A DNA stretch of 64,000 bases from Octopus vulgaris (lineage: Eukaryota). Position 1 is the stretch's first letter; each line of letters begins with the position of its first letter. This document shows positions 12,860 through 28,939 of the stretch, in pieces. A model generated the notes under the pieces. That model saw only the letters and a list, made by a program, of their open reading frames with translations. It did no database searches and had not been told where the DNA came from. The stretch is from the NCBI GenBank assembly GCA_951406725.2, contig OX597814.1, forward strand, positions 136,400,001-136,464,000, in the 5' to 3' direction. The position numbers were made by a program, and so were the translations under genes.

Positions 12860-13625
12860 ATCATCGACTCCAGTGCTCAACTGGTACTTACTTTATCGAC
12901 TCCGAGAGGATGACACCCAAATTCGACTTCAGCGGTATTTGAACTCAGGAGGTAAAGAAAGATGGACGAAATACCGCTAAACCCTTTGCTCAGCATGCTA
13001 ACAATTCTTCGAGCTCGCCGCCTTCTCTGTTACAAAATATTGGTTTTAAATGTTAGCACAAGGCCAGCAATTTTGTGGTAGTGGGTAAGTCGATTACAGC
13101 GACTCCAGTACTCAACTGGTACTTATTTTCTTGAACCCGATGAAAGGCAGAGTCGACTACGTTGGAATTTGAACTCAGAACGTAAAGACGAACGAAATGC
13201 TGCTAAGCATTTCGACCAGCGTGCTAACGATTGAGCCAGCTCTCCGCCTTTCTGACACAAAATATTTTTTTCTATTATAGGCAGAAGGCCTGAAACTTTG
13301 GGGAAGAGAGTTAGTCGATTACATCGACCCCGGTTCTTGACTGGTACTATGTTATCAACCACGAAAGGATGAAAGGCAAAGTTGACCTCGGCAGAATTTG
13401 AACTCAGAACATAAAGACGGATGACCCAGCGTGCTAACAATTCTGCCTGCTCACCGTCTTCTGTTACAAAATATCAGTTTCATATTTTGACACAAGGTCA
13501 GAAATTGCGGTGTAGGGAGTAAGTTGATTATATCGAATCCAATTTTTAACTTATTTTAAAGACGGACGAAATGCCGCTAATCATTTTACCTGGCGTGCTA
13601 ACGAATTTGCCACCTCGCTGCCTTT
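12860..13625 (-). mobile_element. Four tandem degenerate SINE family 2 units
   Basis: Reverse complement of the family 2 unit, each followed by a similar ct(c)tgttacaaaatat spacer. Confidence 0.85.
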
Positions 13626-14081
13626 TTCTCTGTTATAAAGTATTAAGGCACAATCGTAAAGTGTCAGAGGGTTATTAGTCATAAGTGTGTTTGCTCGATT
13701 AGTGTTGGTCTAGGGTTAACAGCAATACCAATACACAAAAACAACACTTGAATATATGGTGTCTGTCAAACACAGACAAAAATCTCAGAATTGTTGCTGT
13801 TGTTTAGCTCTAGGCCCAATACGGTCTTTATTGATGTATCATCAAAGATATTCACTCTATTAACATCCAACTTGTTTCTTCTTTTTCTTTTTAGAAATAA
13901 TGTGCTGCAGTTTACGATATATATTGGTTATGTCCTATTTTTCTCTTTATCAGACTAGGATGAGGTTTGAAGAAAATGTGGCAACTATATCGTACAGGTC
14001 AGTTGAAGTACATAAGAACTTCTTCAAAGACTCTTCTTTTGTGGTGATATATCTCATAAGAAAGAACCAGTCCTCTGACAC

Positions 14082-14966
14082 ACGAGGTCTGATCAATAAG
14101 TATTCAGACTCTTGCCACAGTAATGAAGCTAAAGCATGCAAAGTGAAGCCGCTTGGTAAAGATTGACCTTATTCTCTGCTGTGCATGCGCACTAAGTTTT
14201 AACGTTCTAGCTCACTTCCGCTGTTTACAGCAGTGCTTGGAAGGAAGGTGTGTAGCGCGTGATCGTCGCATTGACTATGACAAAGAAAGTTGTCATGGTG
14301 ATACCTGCTTAGAGGCTGACGCAAATTTGTAGAAAGTGTACGGACAGGAGTGTATAGGCCGCACACAAGTGTGTAAGTGGGTCAGACGTTTCCAAGATGG
14401 CCGAAAACATGTTAGTGACGAACGCTCTGGGAGACCTGCAGCTAGCAGAACTGAGAAAACCATCGCAGATGTGCATGCAGATGTAAAGGGAAATCATCGA
14501 ATCACCATCCGTGAGTTATCAGAGGATGTGCAGATTAGTTACGGTTCAGTTCAGTCCATTATCACTGAAGATTTGGGTATGAGATGCGTGTCTGCCAAGT
14601 TTGTGCTAAAACTGCTTTCAGCAGACCAAAAAGACACTCGGGTTTCAGTTGCACAAAATCCCCTTGATTGTGTAGAGAACGATGACAACTTTTTGAAAAC
14701 TTTGCATAGGCCTCTGAGCAGGTATCACCAAGCGTTTAGCAAACTTTGATGCAGATTCTCTGCTCATCTTTGTCTGGTCAATGCGACGATCACACGCTAC
14801 ACACGTTCCTTCCAAGCACTGCTGTAAACAGCGTGAGTTAGAACATTAAAACTTAGTGCGCATGCATAACGGAGTTCAAGGTCAATCTGTATCAAGAGTT
14901 TTCATTCTGCGTGCTTTAGCTTCGTTACATGGTAACAATCCGGATACTTATCGATCAATCCACATA
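14082..14966 (+). mobile_element. mariner derivative with ~250-bp inverted arms enclosing an N-terminal transposase fragment
   Basis: ORF 14336-14749 (VCKWVRRFQDG..DERSGRP..RITIRELS..VSAKFVLKLL); 14082-14330 is the reverse complement of ~14700-14966. Confidence 0.85.
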
Positions 14967-14989
14967 TATGATAGCGTATTCTGTAGTGT

Positions 14990-15811
14990 TACAGTGTTCT
15001 TTCTAAGAGGCCGCATATTATACCCTCTAAGAAATATCATACATTATCTACTACGATATATATTTTAGTGCGTCCTCTAACAGATATAATATTCTGACCT
15101 CTGAGAGTTATCAGGTATTGTCTTGTAAGAAACATCATATTGTGTCTTCTGACAGATAAACTAATTGGCTCTTTAAGAGATGTATACTTCAGTATTTTGT
15201 TTATAAGAGAATTTTGCTTCTTCTAATATAATTTTCTATCCTTTATGTCTTTTCGTCCGTCATCACTCCGTCAAATATATATTTATGCATACATACATAT
15301 ATGTGTGTGTGTGTGTGTGTGCGTGCGCGCGCGTGTGCGTGTGCGTGTGTGTGTGCATATGTATGTATGTAAGTATGTATGTATGTATTATGTATGTATA
15401 TATAGAAGATCAGTTTTCAACTAGAATCAACATACATTTAACGGGAGGAAAGTGAAATACAATGAATAAAATAGATTGACTCTATACAATTGTTTCATTA
15501 CTAATGTAATATGTAGTTTTACTTACACTCACATCTATAAATCTTCGGTAGAGTTTGTCAGAAATGCAATTAATTAGATCGATTCGAGCGTCAAAAACAC
15601 GAGCGGTCCAACCAATTACATTTTTAGTTATGTCTCAAATTCCGCGCCAAAAGCATGCCTAGACTCCATTGAAAACGTATGCCGCATCAAATAAAATATT
15701 GACTGCCGCGTAGTTAAATTTATAAAATTATAAATGAGGGTGAAAAATCGATATTAATTTAATAATACCATTAATTTAACACATAGTGGATAACATACAT
15801 AATATACATAC

Positions 15812-15866
<55 letters not shown>

Positions 15867-16390
15867 CACACACATTTAATCTTTTTGTGCGGCCCGGTAC
15901 CAAAGTACTCACAGCCCGGTACTGCTCGAAGAGATATATTTTGTACTTTAATAGATATCACATTGTGGCATCTGAAATATACTAGCTAGTACCCTTTAAA
16001 GGATATCATTGTGTTTTCTGAGAAAATACAGTGCATATTTTGTCCTTCCCGAAGTATCAAGATGTGTTCTAAGAAATATATTAATTTTATATTGTATTTG
16101 AAGGAAGCCACATATCTGTAACCTTAAAATTATAGACAATTGAATTTACTCATTATTTTATGGATTTGTAAAAGGCAAAGCAAATCCAAGTGTGATTTGA
16201 ACTCAGATTCTAAAAGAACACAACTAAATATTTTAGGTATTTTTGCTTTGAGTTTCGTGAAGAAATAACGCTTCTTCTAAACCACCACCCTCGTTCTAAT
16301 AAGCTGTATTCAGTCTGCTATAATACATCACATTATATTCTCTAATATAGTATTCACATTGTAGTAATATGTTGTATTTGTTTTAAGAGG
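14990..16390. repeat. Degenerate ~24-bp minisatellite (approx. TTGTGTCCTCTAAGAGATATCATA), interrupted at ~15250-15920
   Basis: Units ttataccctctaagaaatatcata, ttctgacctctgagagttatcagg, tattgtcttgtaagaaacatcata, ttgtgtcttctgacagataaacta. Confidence 0.6.
15479..15554 (-). ncRNA. Type-I hammerhead motif (U4C variant) in a ~390-bp element (15405-15795)
   Basis: Minus strand ACTCTA CCGAAGA [long stem II] GAAA CAATTG TA TAGAGT; 6-bp stem I, palindromic stem III, GUA site. Confidence 0.7.
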
Positions 16391-16896
16391 CAGGTGCCGC
16401 TTCGATAAGATCAATAACAAAATAGAATTTTGTGGCCTTTTATGACCCATAAATATGTTTTGTCTAGGTAGAATACACAAGCATTCAGAGAAATGTAATT
16501 ATCTTTAGTTTTGTGTTCTTGTCATCGTTTACTTGTCAACAAACCTGCTAGTGACTCGTTAAGTGAATTTTCCAAAAGCAGCAGATGAGAATCATTTGCA
16601 GTGGAAATATGTCACCTACGAACATTAATCATTGTTCTGTTTTAAGTATATTTGTGTGTGCAGAGTGGCCACTGGCATGTATTTGAATAGACAAGTAAGT
16701 GTATATTAATACAAGATAAATTCTTGATTTATTGAAATTATCTGCGCTTTCAGAGAAAATAGGACAAAACAATCGTTGAGTGGAAATTGGAACCAGCTCC
16801 ATAGGAAAGGGTTCATTAATCTTGAGAATGAAGAATGCTCCAAAATTTACTAAAATGAAAATGTTTCTACCTTAATAGGCATCATCCACACGGTAC

Positions 16897-16942
<46 letters not shown>

Positions 16943-16950
16943 GTTATTCA

Positions 16951-17056
16951 GTGAGAGAGCAGTGCATGCCATCAAAGTGACACTGGGGTAAAATATATGA
17001 AGCCAGTATACCCATCATGACTACCCGTCTGATATGGGTACATCAGGCACGTGCAT
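16951..17056 (-). mobile_element. 3' end of the AAT-associated ~555-bp element
   Basis: Reverse complement of the last ~105 nt of 40642-41198, abutting (ATT)n. Confidence 0.85.
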
Positions 17057-17162
17057 TAAATGTGGGCGATTAAATAAGTACCAGTTACGCACTGGGTTCG
17101 ATATAATTGACTTAATCCCTTCCCCAAAGTTTGAGGCCTTGTGCTTCCAGTAGAAAGAATTA

Positions 17163-17225
<63 letters not shown>

Positions 17226-17311
17226 TATGTTTGACTTTTGCTTTATATCTGTACAAGTTGGCTCCAAGTCTCACCCAAAGACCTCAAGAGACAACAGGTT
17301 GGAAGTTCACG

Positions 17312-17423
<112 letters not shown>

Positions 17424-18141
17424 AAAGGCCTTGTGCTGGCAGAATCGTAAGAACACCAGGCAAAATGCTTAGAGGCATTGTGTCCGTCTTTACGTTCTGA
17501 GTTCAAATTCCGCGCCGAGGTCGATGTTGCCTTTTCTCCTTTTGGGGTTGTACCATTGGTGTTCATTTCATCATTTGATAAAATAGTATTTACTTTCCGA
17601 AAGGTGAAGACAAACCAGAATAATTTTTAAGCTAAACCTTCAACGAATGCAGGAAATAGAGCAATGTATGATCTGTTACATATAGTTTACATTTATTCCA
17701 GATCAATGCTTCTTATAAATGTAACAGCGGGTTTTCTATTATAAGTTTTTCTAAATTATAACGTTTGTGCCATGTGTGCCAGAATAAATATATGCTGTCC
17801 TCTAGCAAGGCAGAATGACGCGGTCTTTAAGAGATATGTGTTGCAGCATTAGACATATTTCGAAGTAGATGACAAGACAGAAGTCGCAGTTATTTATGAC
17901 TCATAAGCATTGTGTTTTTTCCTCGTGGAATGTGCACATTTTCCCTCAGAAATTTCGTCATGTTTGACTCCATGTTCATGTCAACAACAGACCAGTAGCA
18001 TGTCCGTAAGTAAATTTTCCAAATAACAGATGAGAATCATCTGCAGTGGGAAATTTATCGTCTTCTGAAATTAATCATCCTTCTATTTTACTCAAGCCAC
18101 AAACAAATTCATTAAGCAACAGTCATACACACACACGCAAA

Positions 18142-18209
<68 letters not shown>

Positions 18210-18569
18210 ACACATACATACACACACACATTCTCTCTCTCACATACACATACAGGCACGCATTCATACATACATGCATGCATACACACATACATGCATG
18301 CATACATACACACATATACTGAACTACATACATACATACATACACACATATACTGAACATCGCACTCTACAAGATTATTTGTTTCATACACCATATTGAG
18401 ATTATATGGATTTTATCGCATTTCTTGGTCATTTGACTTCAGGAAGATGTTACTGACCCATAACATCACTCTTTTGAAAACACAAGAATTGCATATAGGG
18501 TTCGAACTCGCTTACTTTTCGTAAACATGGTAATGCTCGTGGACACATCTTTATGAAAAGCGGCTCATG

Positions 18570-19812
18570 TGAAGGCCAAGAGACTAGTGTTAAACCAGCA
18601 CCTCGAAGCCAAACACATGGGTTGCATTATCAGGGCTAGGCTACGTGTAGTGGGTTGTGAGGAAATCAACGCCGCAGGATGTGCCCGAGTGGTGGAAACT
18701 CAACGTGGTAATGATGCCGCAATCTGATCTTTGACGAACCAACGAGGTAAGTTGATAGACAAACCCGAGGAGATGTATGAGGTTTTTCAGGAGCACTTCG
18801 CCCAGCTTTTCAGCGGGGGCGGCAGATAAGATAGTAGAAGGTACCTAACGGACTTCCTCGCCGGGCTGCCGCGTCTCTCGGGGCAAGACATGGAGCGTTG
18901 TGAATGGCCGATCACGCCTGAGGAGGTAATTGAGGCTATGGCAGACTGCGGCGCGGCTAAGGCGCCGAGACTGGATGGTCTACCCTATAAGTTGTATAAG
19001 AGTATACTAGACTTGTTCGGGCACCTGCTGGCAAATGTCTATGCGAACTGGCAGCATAATGGATTAATTCCCAGATCTGTGCACCTGGGAGTGGTGGCGC
19101 TTGTCAGAAAGGACCACGACAAGGGGGATTCCATTGATAATTTCCGGCCCATGACTTTGCTAAACTCCAAGTTGAAGATTTTGGCCAAAGTGTTATCGAA
19201 AAGATTGGCGCGTTTCGCGGATGGTCTGATCGGCGAAGCACAGACATGTGCCGTTTCCGGCTGAACCATCCAGAATAATCTCCATCTTATATGGTACACT
19301 TTAGAGGGGTTTAATAACGATTCTGGCGAGGGCGGGGCAGTGGTCCATTTGGACCAATCAAAGGCCTTTGATAGGTTTGACCATCGTTACCTGGTGTCCG
19401 TTCTGGCGCAGTTCGGCCTGGGTTTCGGCTTCCTCAGGTTGATCATTCAGATTTACGACAACATCGACTCGGTTCATCGAGGGTGTCCGCTCTCCCCGGT
19501 TTTGTATGTGATGGCTCTTGAGCCATTACTGCGAAAATTGAGCGACATCCCGAGACAGCCGAATTGTGGAAAGTCGGTTTCAGCTTACGTGGACGACATC
19601 ACCATCATCGTAACCGAAATGGATCACCTACAAAGGTTAGGCAAGACCATTGAGGAATACGAGATGGTGGCAGGAGCAAAGGTTAATCTTGAAAAGTCAG
19701 TTAGCTTGCAGCTCAGCACCTGGAGAGGCAAGTCGATGCCTCCTGACAGCGTCGTTGACGTTGAACGGAGGGTCCGATTAAGTTGCTAGGAGTTTGGTTC
19801 GGACAAGACCTC
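18570..19812 (+). mobile_element. L1/Tx1-type LINE RT fragment
   Basis: KAPRLDGLP, NFRPMTLLNSKLKILAKVL, LDQSKAFDR, GCPLSP, AYVDDIT. Confidence 0.92.
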
Positions 19813-19814
19813 CA

Positions 19815-21030
19815 TAGCTCTCTTTCATTTTTGCATGCTTTTGTTTGTGTCCTTCAAATAATTTTTATATTCCAGACCAGATCTTTTTTTACCATTTAGT
19901 TTTCATTAGCAATTGGTTCAACATCTTTTTATTATATTTTCAACTTCTCAAGACTGATTTTAGCAAATCTTTGTATCGATGTTTTCGTTCGCTTTACTTT
20001 TGCTTCTCAGCAGAAATCTCATTATGGTAAAACCTTAGGGTTGCGATCATCCCTGTACTAAATCGCCAGTCTTGATTGAAAACTAGCATAGTGCAAATTG
20101 ATGAGATCCCTGCTCTCTCTAAAACCATTGTTTCTGATGAAAAAAACTTCCAGTTAATCCTAAGAATTTAACGAAAACATTTTTGATGAAAGCTTTCTAA
20201 GAATTTTATATGGTGCTTGTAAACAGTCAATAGTTTTTCCCAATAAAGAAAAGAGTATAGAACAAATGCGCTATAACGACAATTTTTGTACTGACCTTTT
20301 GAACTGACCTTGCAACAACTCACGATTCCAAAGAGAACCAAAAGACTTGCTTTTTGAATGCGAGATGCAATTTCTATGTCCAAAGTTCTTTTTGAGTTAA
20401 TCATGCGCTGAGGTATTTAAAGGAATCGACTACAGCTAACCTTTCATCTCTCACATATATTTGAGGAAGAGTGGCGGCCTGCTCAGGAGCGGGTTGATAC
20501 ATTACTACAGTTTTCTTAGCATTAATTATTAATCCAAAGATGTCACAATGCTTTGATGGAGTTCTGTAAACCGATCCCGCTGTGAGATGCCCAGCCATAG
20601 TCATCAGTATAAAAGAGATTTCTAATTAGTGATTTAAAGATCTTGCTCTAAAAGTTTAACTTGAGGAGATTAAAGAGGTTTCCTGCAGTACGAAAGCGGA
20701 TATAAATATTCCATTCAGAGTCGCTAAAATCAAGACAACGTTTTTGCAAAGTAACCAAAAGTATGGGAGTATGAGGATCACCCTGCTTTACATCATTTTC
20801 CACTGCAAAGGTTTCTGAGAGTCCCACAAAAGTTAATTCTAGCCTTCATACCTTTAAAAAATAACCTAATTAAAAAACAAAAATTGTCCGGGCATCAGCA
20901 CTTTTTCAAAACAATCCAGAGCATATCCATATTCCCGCATCAAAAGCCTTACGAAGATCTATAAAATAGCGATACAAAGGCATGTTTTGTTCAATACACT
21001 TACCCTGAAGTTGGTGAACAGTAAATATAT
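19815..21030 (-). mobile_element. RTE-clade LINE fragment
   Basis: FGLIINAKKTVVMYQP, VVDSFKYLS, LDIEIASRIQKAS, LESFHQKCFR; degenerate YADD (tatactgatgac). Confidence 0.88.
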
Positions 21031-21264
21031 TGATTATCTGTCTAGATCAGTGGTTCTCAACCGGAGTCCACATGACCAAGCCCCAAGGTTCCGTATAAGA
21101 TTGGGGGGGGGGGGGTCGATTCAGGTAAAATAGTAAATTGGGGATTCACAGTAGTATATTAGAGGTCCATGAAAAGACCCTTGATATACTATTGTATATA
21201 TCATGCTGGAATACTGAAATCTACAAGTCTTTTTCATTCTCTTTCTCTTCATTTTCTCTTAATC

Positions 21265-21300
21265 CTTTCTGTTTAAGAGCATAGGCTCGAAACGTAAAAT
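21265..21300 (+). ncRNA. Degenerate hammerhead-like motif in a short TA-flanked element (~21225-21392)
   Basis: CTTT CTGTTTA A GAGC-atag-GCTC GAAA CG TA AAAT; layout as at 11904 but core damaged. Confidence 0.45.
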
Positions 21301-21387
21301 ACTTTTTCATTCTTCCCGTGCGTCAAACTAATACACATGCTTGTTGTTCATACACCACTCTTCATCCTTTGTTTTTCTATAAATGTC

Positions 21388-21434
<47 letters not shown>

Positions 21435-21589
21435 TAAATCACTAAATTCAGTTTCTAGAGCATCAAGTTTGCCATAAATGTCACACTGAAAATTGCTCTT
21501 TTAACCAAAAAGTAGAGGTAGCACTGTGTAAGTTGCATCCATTTAAGTGGCGATGAAACAATTGCAGTATTATGCAATAAAACATATTG

Positions 21590-21975
21590 CTCTGAGTTGC
21601 TAGAATCGTTAGCAAACCGGTTAAAATGCTTAGCAGAATTTTGTGCGTCTTCATGTTCTGAGTTCAAATTCCACATAGGTCGATTTTGCCTTTCATAATT
21701 TCAGAGTTAAGCAGAGATGTTGATGTATTCAACTTACACACTCGTCCGAAGTTGCTTGCGTTGTGCCAAAATTTGAGATCATTATTTTTATAAACTAAGG
21801 CGGCGAGCTGGCAGAATCGTTAGGATGTATTTCGGTTCTCATTTCAAATGCCATTGGGTTCGACTTTGCCTTGCTTCCTTTCGGGTTCGATAAAATAACT
21901 ACCAGTTAAACACTGGGGCCAATGTAATTGATTTAATCCCTCTTCCGAACTTGCTGGCTTGTGCCAAAACTGAAA
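21590..21975 (+). mobile_element. Two degenerate SINE family 2 units
   Basis: Family 2 consensus; further copies at 17056-17160, 17430-17550, 29235-29410, 29825-30020, 30610-30885 (-), 42023-42240, 46034-46805. Confidence 0.82.
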
Positions 21976-22120
21976 ATAATATTTATATAAACTCCACAGA
22001 CATTTACGTCTTTCCAAATGCTTCTTCAGTTATGCGATCGATGTTAGCTATAAAATCTTGTCTGATAGCCCATACTCGTAGACGGGCTTTCTAAAGCAAA
22101 CTACAAGGTTTATATCCAAA

Positions 22121-24768
<2,648 letters not shown>

Positions 24769-24770
<2 letters not shown>

Positions 24771-25022
24771 AGTCGTATGGCTCAGTGCTCAGAGCTCGAG
24801 CTTACAATCATAATATAGTGAGTTCGATTCTCGGACTCGATTGTGTGTTGTGTTCTTGAGCAAGACACTTCATTCTACGTTGCTCCAGTTCACTCAGGTG
24901 TAGAAATGAGTTGTGACGTCACTGGTACTAAGGTGTATCAGCCTTTCCTTTGGATAACATCGCTAGTGTGGAGAGGGGCGGTGCAATCCCATGGTCACTC
25001 ATGACCGAAGTAAGTTTTTATC
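24769..25022 (+). mobile_element. tRNA-derived SINE family 3
   Basis: A-box-like tggctcagtgc, B-box gagttcgattct, body gttgtgttcttgagcaagacactt. Confidence 0.75.
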
Positions 25023-25260
25023 CTATATATATAGTATATATAGTATATATAAATCACAGTATGTGTGTGTGTGTATATTGCCTAACGCATACATTGCACA
25101 ATTCTCAATCAGTTTTCGCCAAACTTTACACACACATTACTGGTGTCCCAAGGATGGTCATGCACTATAACATTTTGCCCAGAGCTCTCGCGTAAATGGA
25201 GAAACCGGAAAAAAACGGTGTTTACACAGATTTTTCTCTAATTCGTTGTATGTACATAGT
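25020..25260 (+). mobile_element. Helitron-like non-autonomous 5' fragment; related piece at 56480-56685 (-)
   Basis: atc(c/t)tatatatata..(tg)n start followed by ..ca(a)ttttc..caaacttt(t)acaca.. Confidence 0.45.
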
Positions 25261-26234
25261 TTTTGTATGTGGGGGTCTTCCATACTTTTTTTAGTCTATA
25301 TGGTCGTATATTGGAATTAGAAAATATTTTTAGTGGTTTTCACATTTTTTGATTTATCATCTATTTTTATGTTGTAATTTTGTATTATTACTTGGTTAGA
25401 GAATATTATAAAAGTGAAAGGATTTTGTCTATTTATTTCGGCTGTCCACCTGCGACGGTGTTTAAATTGACTAGGAATACTGTACACAATGAATACCAAT
25501 ACCAAACAATTTTAATCTCCATATTTAAACTGTATTAAACGTTGGCAAGTTTACCTTTATCTATTCTAAGTTACTTGAAAGGTGATGTTCCCTTCCCTCC
25601 CTTCTATACTTTTGTTTAACTACCGATGCATTGTTTCACTTTAAGGATACTTATTTACCCATCCATTACGATATATCGAACGTGAAATCTTTTCACTGCG
25701 AACTGCTAAAGGTTCAAAGCAGTATTCACGAACTGAAGTCAAACTCTTCATGTCTTCATTTTTTGTTACCTGAAGTCAATTTCAAAGTGGTATTACATTG
25801 CCATTTTGAAAGTACCAATCATACGTCTCTCCGAAAAAATAGCTCCCTTTGCTATTGAATACAATAAACTAGCAGAGGGTAAGTTTCAACGTCTTCATTC
25901 AATTTCCTTACATCATTTATGTGGCTGTTTCTGACAAGAACTTTCACTTTCATGTAAAACGACTATATTTTGTAGTCATTATCTGTAATCTTCACCTAAT
26001 ATACTTCAGTAGCTCTACTTTGCATCGCTTGCAAACTTATATGTTCTATGATCATTAAAGTGCAACAACCTCTACTAAAACCAGCAGTAGATTTGGTTTT
26101 CTGTTCCTAGGTTAATCGGAAACATAGATTGCCGTGCTACTCATAAACCTTCTCGGTAGTTCAATTATTTCTAGACAACACGCAAAGAACATCCATCTGG
26201 CCAAGGCCTCGCACTTCATTTCATTGCTATTTAA

Positions 26235-26740
26235 AGGAGAACTGGAAGAGGTATTGAGACGATTGCTTTATACTTTGGAAAGATAGCATGGACAAACTCC
26301 TCGATTTCAAAATAATGCTCAACAATATCAATAGCAACATACAATTCACCATGGAGCACAGCAATAAAGAACTCCCTTTTCCTGACATCCTAATTTATAT
26401 AGCCAATAACCACATTGAAACAGACATCTTCTATAAACCCACAGATTGTAAATACTGAATATCATTCAAAACAATATCATTGAAAACAATACCTATTATT
26501 CAACTCATGCCACCCAAACACGTAAAAATTAATATACCTTATAATCTAGTGAAAAGAATCTGAACCATAGTTTCGGACATCTATAGTCGTGAACGAAGAC
26601 TCCTTGAACTCAGATCAATACTAATCAAAAGACATTACCCAATATCATTAAAAAATGATGGCATTAAACGAGCAAAGGAAACAGACATACGAACATTGAG
26701 GGAAGTCAACCGAAATATGTCTACCCTAATTACACCAAAT
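26235..26740 (+). pseudogene. Penelope-like element reverse transcriptase relic
   Basis: Manual translation WKRY*DDCFILW..NIQFTMEHSNKELPFPDILI..IETDIFYKPTD..FNSCHP..NIPYNLVKRI*TIVSD. Confidence 0.88.
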
Positions 26741-27984
26741 CTAGAACTACTTACCTCCTTTACTCAGAGACTAGTAGACCCGACACCGTTCGGTAATCGG
26801 TGCGCGTCCAAAGCCAGTGAACAGTAATTTTACGACACCGGTATGCCTTTGAATCTCTTTAACAATTCACAATAATGACTTTTATAACTTTCATTCCTAC
26901 ATCAGTTCATCTAATTGTATATATCTATCGTTACTTTTCATAAAAACCTTTTACTTGTTTTGATTTCCAATGTGCATTTTCACTTATTTTCCTGCTTACT
27001 TTCCCCTTACATTTCCACGTGTAGTTTCTATTTTCGTTTTGTAACATATTTCTATTATGTATATATATATATATATATATATACATACATATATACCAAG
27101 ATATAAATATATATGTGTGTGTATGTATGTATTTGTGCGTCTGTGTTTATTCCCCATCATCGCTTCACAACCGATGTTGGTGTGTTTACGTCACCGTAAC
27201 TTAGCGGTTTGGGAAAGGAGACCGATAGAATAAGTACTAGGCTTACAAAGAATAAGTCCTGGGGCCGATTTGTTCGACTAAAGGCGGTGCTCCAGCATGA
27301 CCGCAGTCAAGTGACTAAAACACGTAAAAGAATAAAGACACTCAGGAAAATATTTTGGAGAAGAAATGACTAACGTTATACGAACTGTTGCTGATGTCCT
27401 TGAATTGAAACTGCAATCAATAGAGTTTACATACACTGTACTAAGCTCAGCGACGTATTTCGACGCCAGTACAAAGAGTAGAGTAATAGACTCAATGATA
27501 TTCAGTATTTACAATATGTGTAATAACAGGTCGGGAAAATAAAATTAAATAGGAAAATAAGTAAATTAAGACAGAGTAGACGGGCCAAGCGAGGATTTGT
27601 CAACTGAATATAGCGTGAGGCAAATTCGAAGAACAAAAAAAAGGAAGAGAAAAAGAAAGAAAGAAATCCAAGCCATTAATAGTGACTGGTCATACAATAA
27701 AGACAGTAAAATATGTATATTTATAGACAGAGACGTTAATACTATCATACAGACCTATATTTATATTCAAACGTATTCATTTACACAAATCACAATACGC
27801 ATACATACTTCCCAAACGAATATAAGTACACACACAAACACACTCATAAAGACGTGTATGTTCGTTTATGTATGCATATGTCTCTGTCTCTTTCATTATA
27901 TGGTTTATGTCTAAAGTACTTTTTATTCCATCCTAGATTAGTCTTCATTCATTTCATCTAATCTAATTAGGAGTATGTCTGCAT

Positions 27985-28029
<45 letters not shown>

Positions 28030-28089
28030 TATTGATATGTATACATATATGTCTGTGAGTATATATACATATATATATGTAAGTACATT

Positions 28090-28148
<59 letters not shown>

Positions 28149-28546
28149 TGGCCTGCTCGCTTAGCCAGCGGGGTGGCGTAATTCGAAGGCTAAAACAATG
28201 CGAACGCATTGTGACCAGCGATGTGTAGCAACATCTGATGGTCTGGTCGGTCACGTCACGTCATATATATATATATATATGAGCTACCAGGGATATATTA
28301 TCCAGGCGGATACCATGTTTGCTCTCAGTTCGGTTCTAGACACCGTCTAGCATAACATCTAACACAACGGTCTGTTTTCGATGAAACTGCGCTGACAATA
28401 TTGCAAGGTTGCATTTGCAAACGGTCTACAGACGCTGCAGTAAAAATATGTATAGGTCATTGTAATATGCTGTAAATAACTGTAAAATAAATGATCGATG
28501 TGCAAATTTCCATTCTCCTTATCATTATTAATGAGATATATATATG

Positions 28547-28592
28547 AACACAACATTTCAGTTGGTATAGCCTCCAGCCGTCATCAGGTGTC
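28547..28592 (-). ncRNA. Hammerhead motif, second copy of the tRNA-SINE tail
   Basis: Minus strand GACAC CTGATGA C GGCTGG-aggctata-CCAACT GAAA TG TT GTGTT. Confidence 0.6.
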
Positions 28593-28604
28593 TTGGGGGA
28601 AATG

Positions 28605-28661
<57 letters not shown>

Positions 28662-28939
28662 TCGAAAAATAGCTTAGGAATGAGAACCCAGGTTCAAAAT
28701 TTCCCTAAGACACCTGATATATATATATATATATATATGGTAAGTGAGTAGTAAGCAAATTATCAACCGTACAAGCAAATTAATTAAATATAAAGATACG
28801 GCTGATAATTCGCTTGCCACTTGTGATGGTATTTTAATAATACCATACCTATATTTGTTTATAAATAATTTTACACATTCCTGGTGACTTTAAACGAACT
28901 TTTGCAGGCATGATGGGGGAGAATATTAGTAGTAATTTA

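Noticed and set aside
16592-16612. CAGTGG loop resembling an iron-responsive element (also ~18044)
   Set aside because: The 5-bp upper stem does not close (G-G mismatch) in either copy.
22000-22035. Minus-strand CTGAAGA agcatttg GAAA gacgta
   Set aside because: Neither stem I nor stem II forms.
25770-25816. 13-bp hairpin flanked by CTGAAGT and GAAAGTAC
   Set aside because: Core deviates, spacing is wrong and stem I is missing; also too short for a miRNA precursor.
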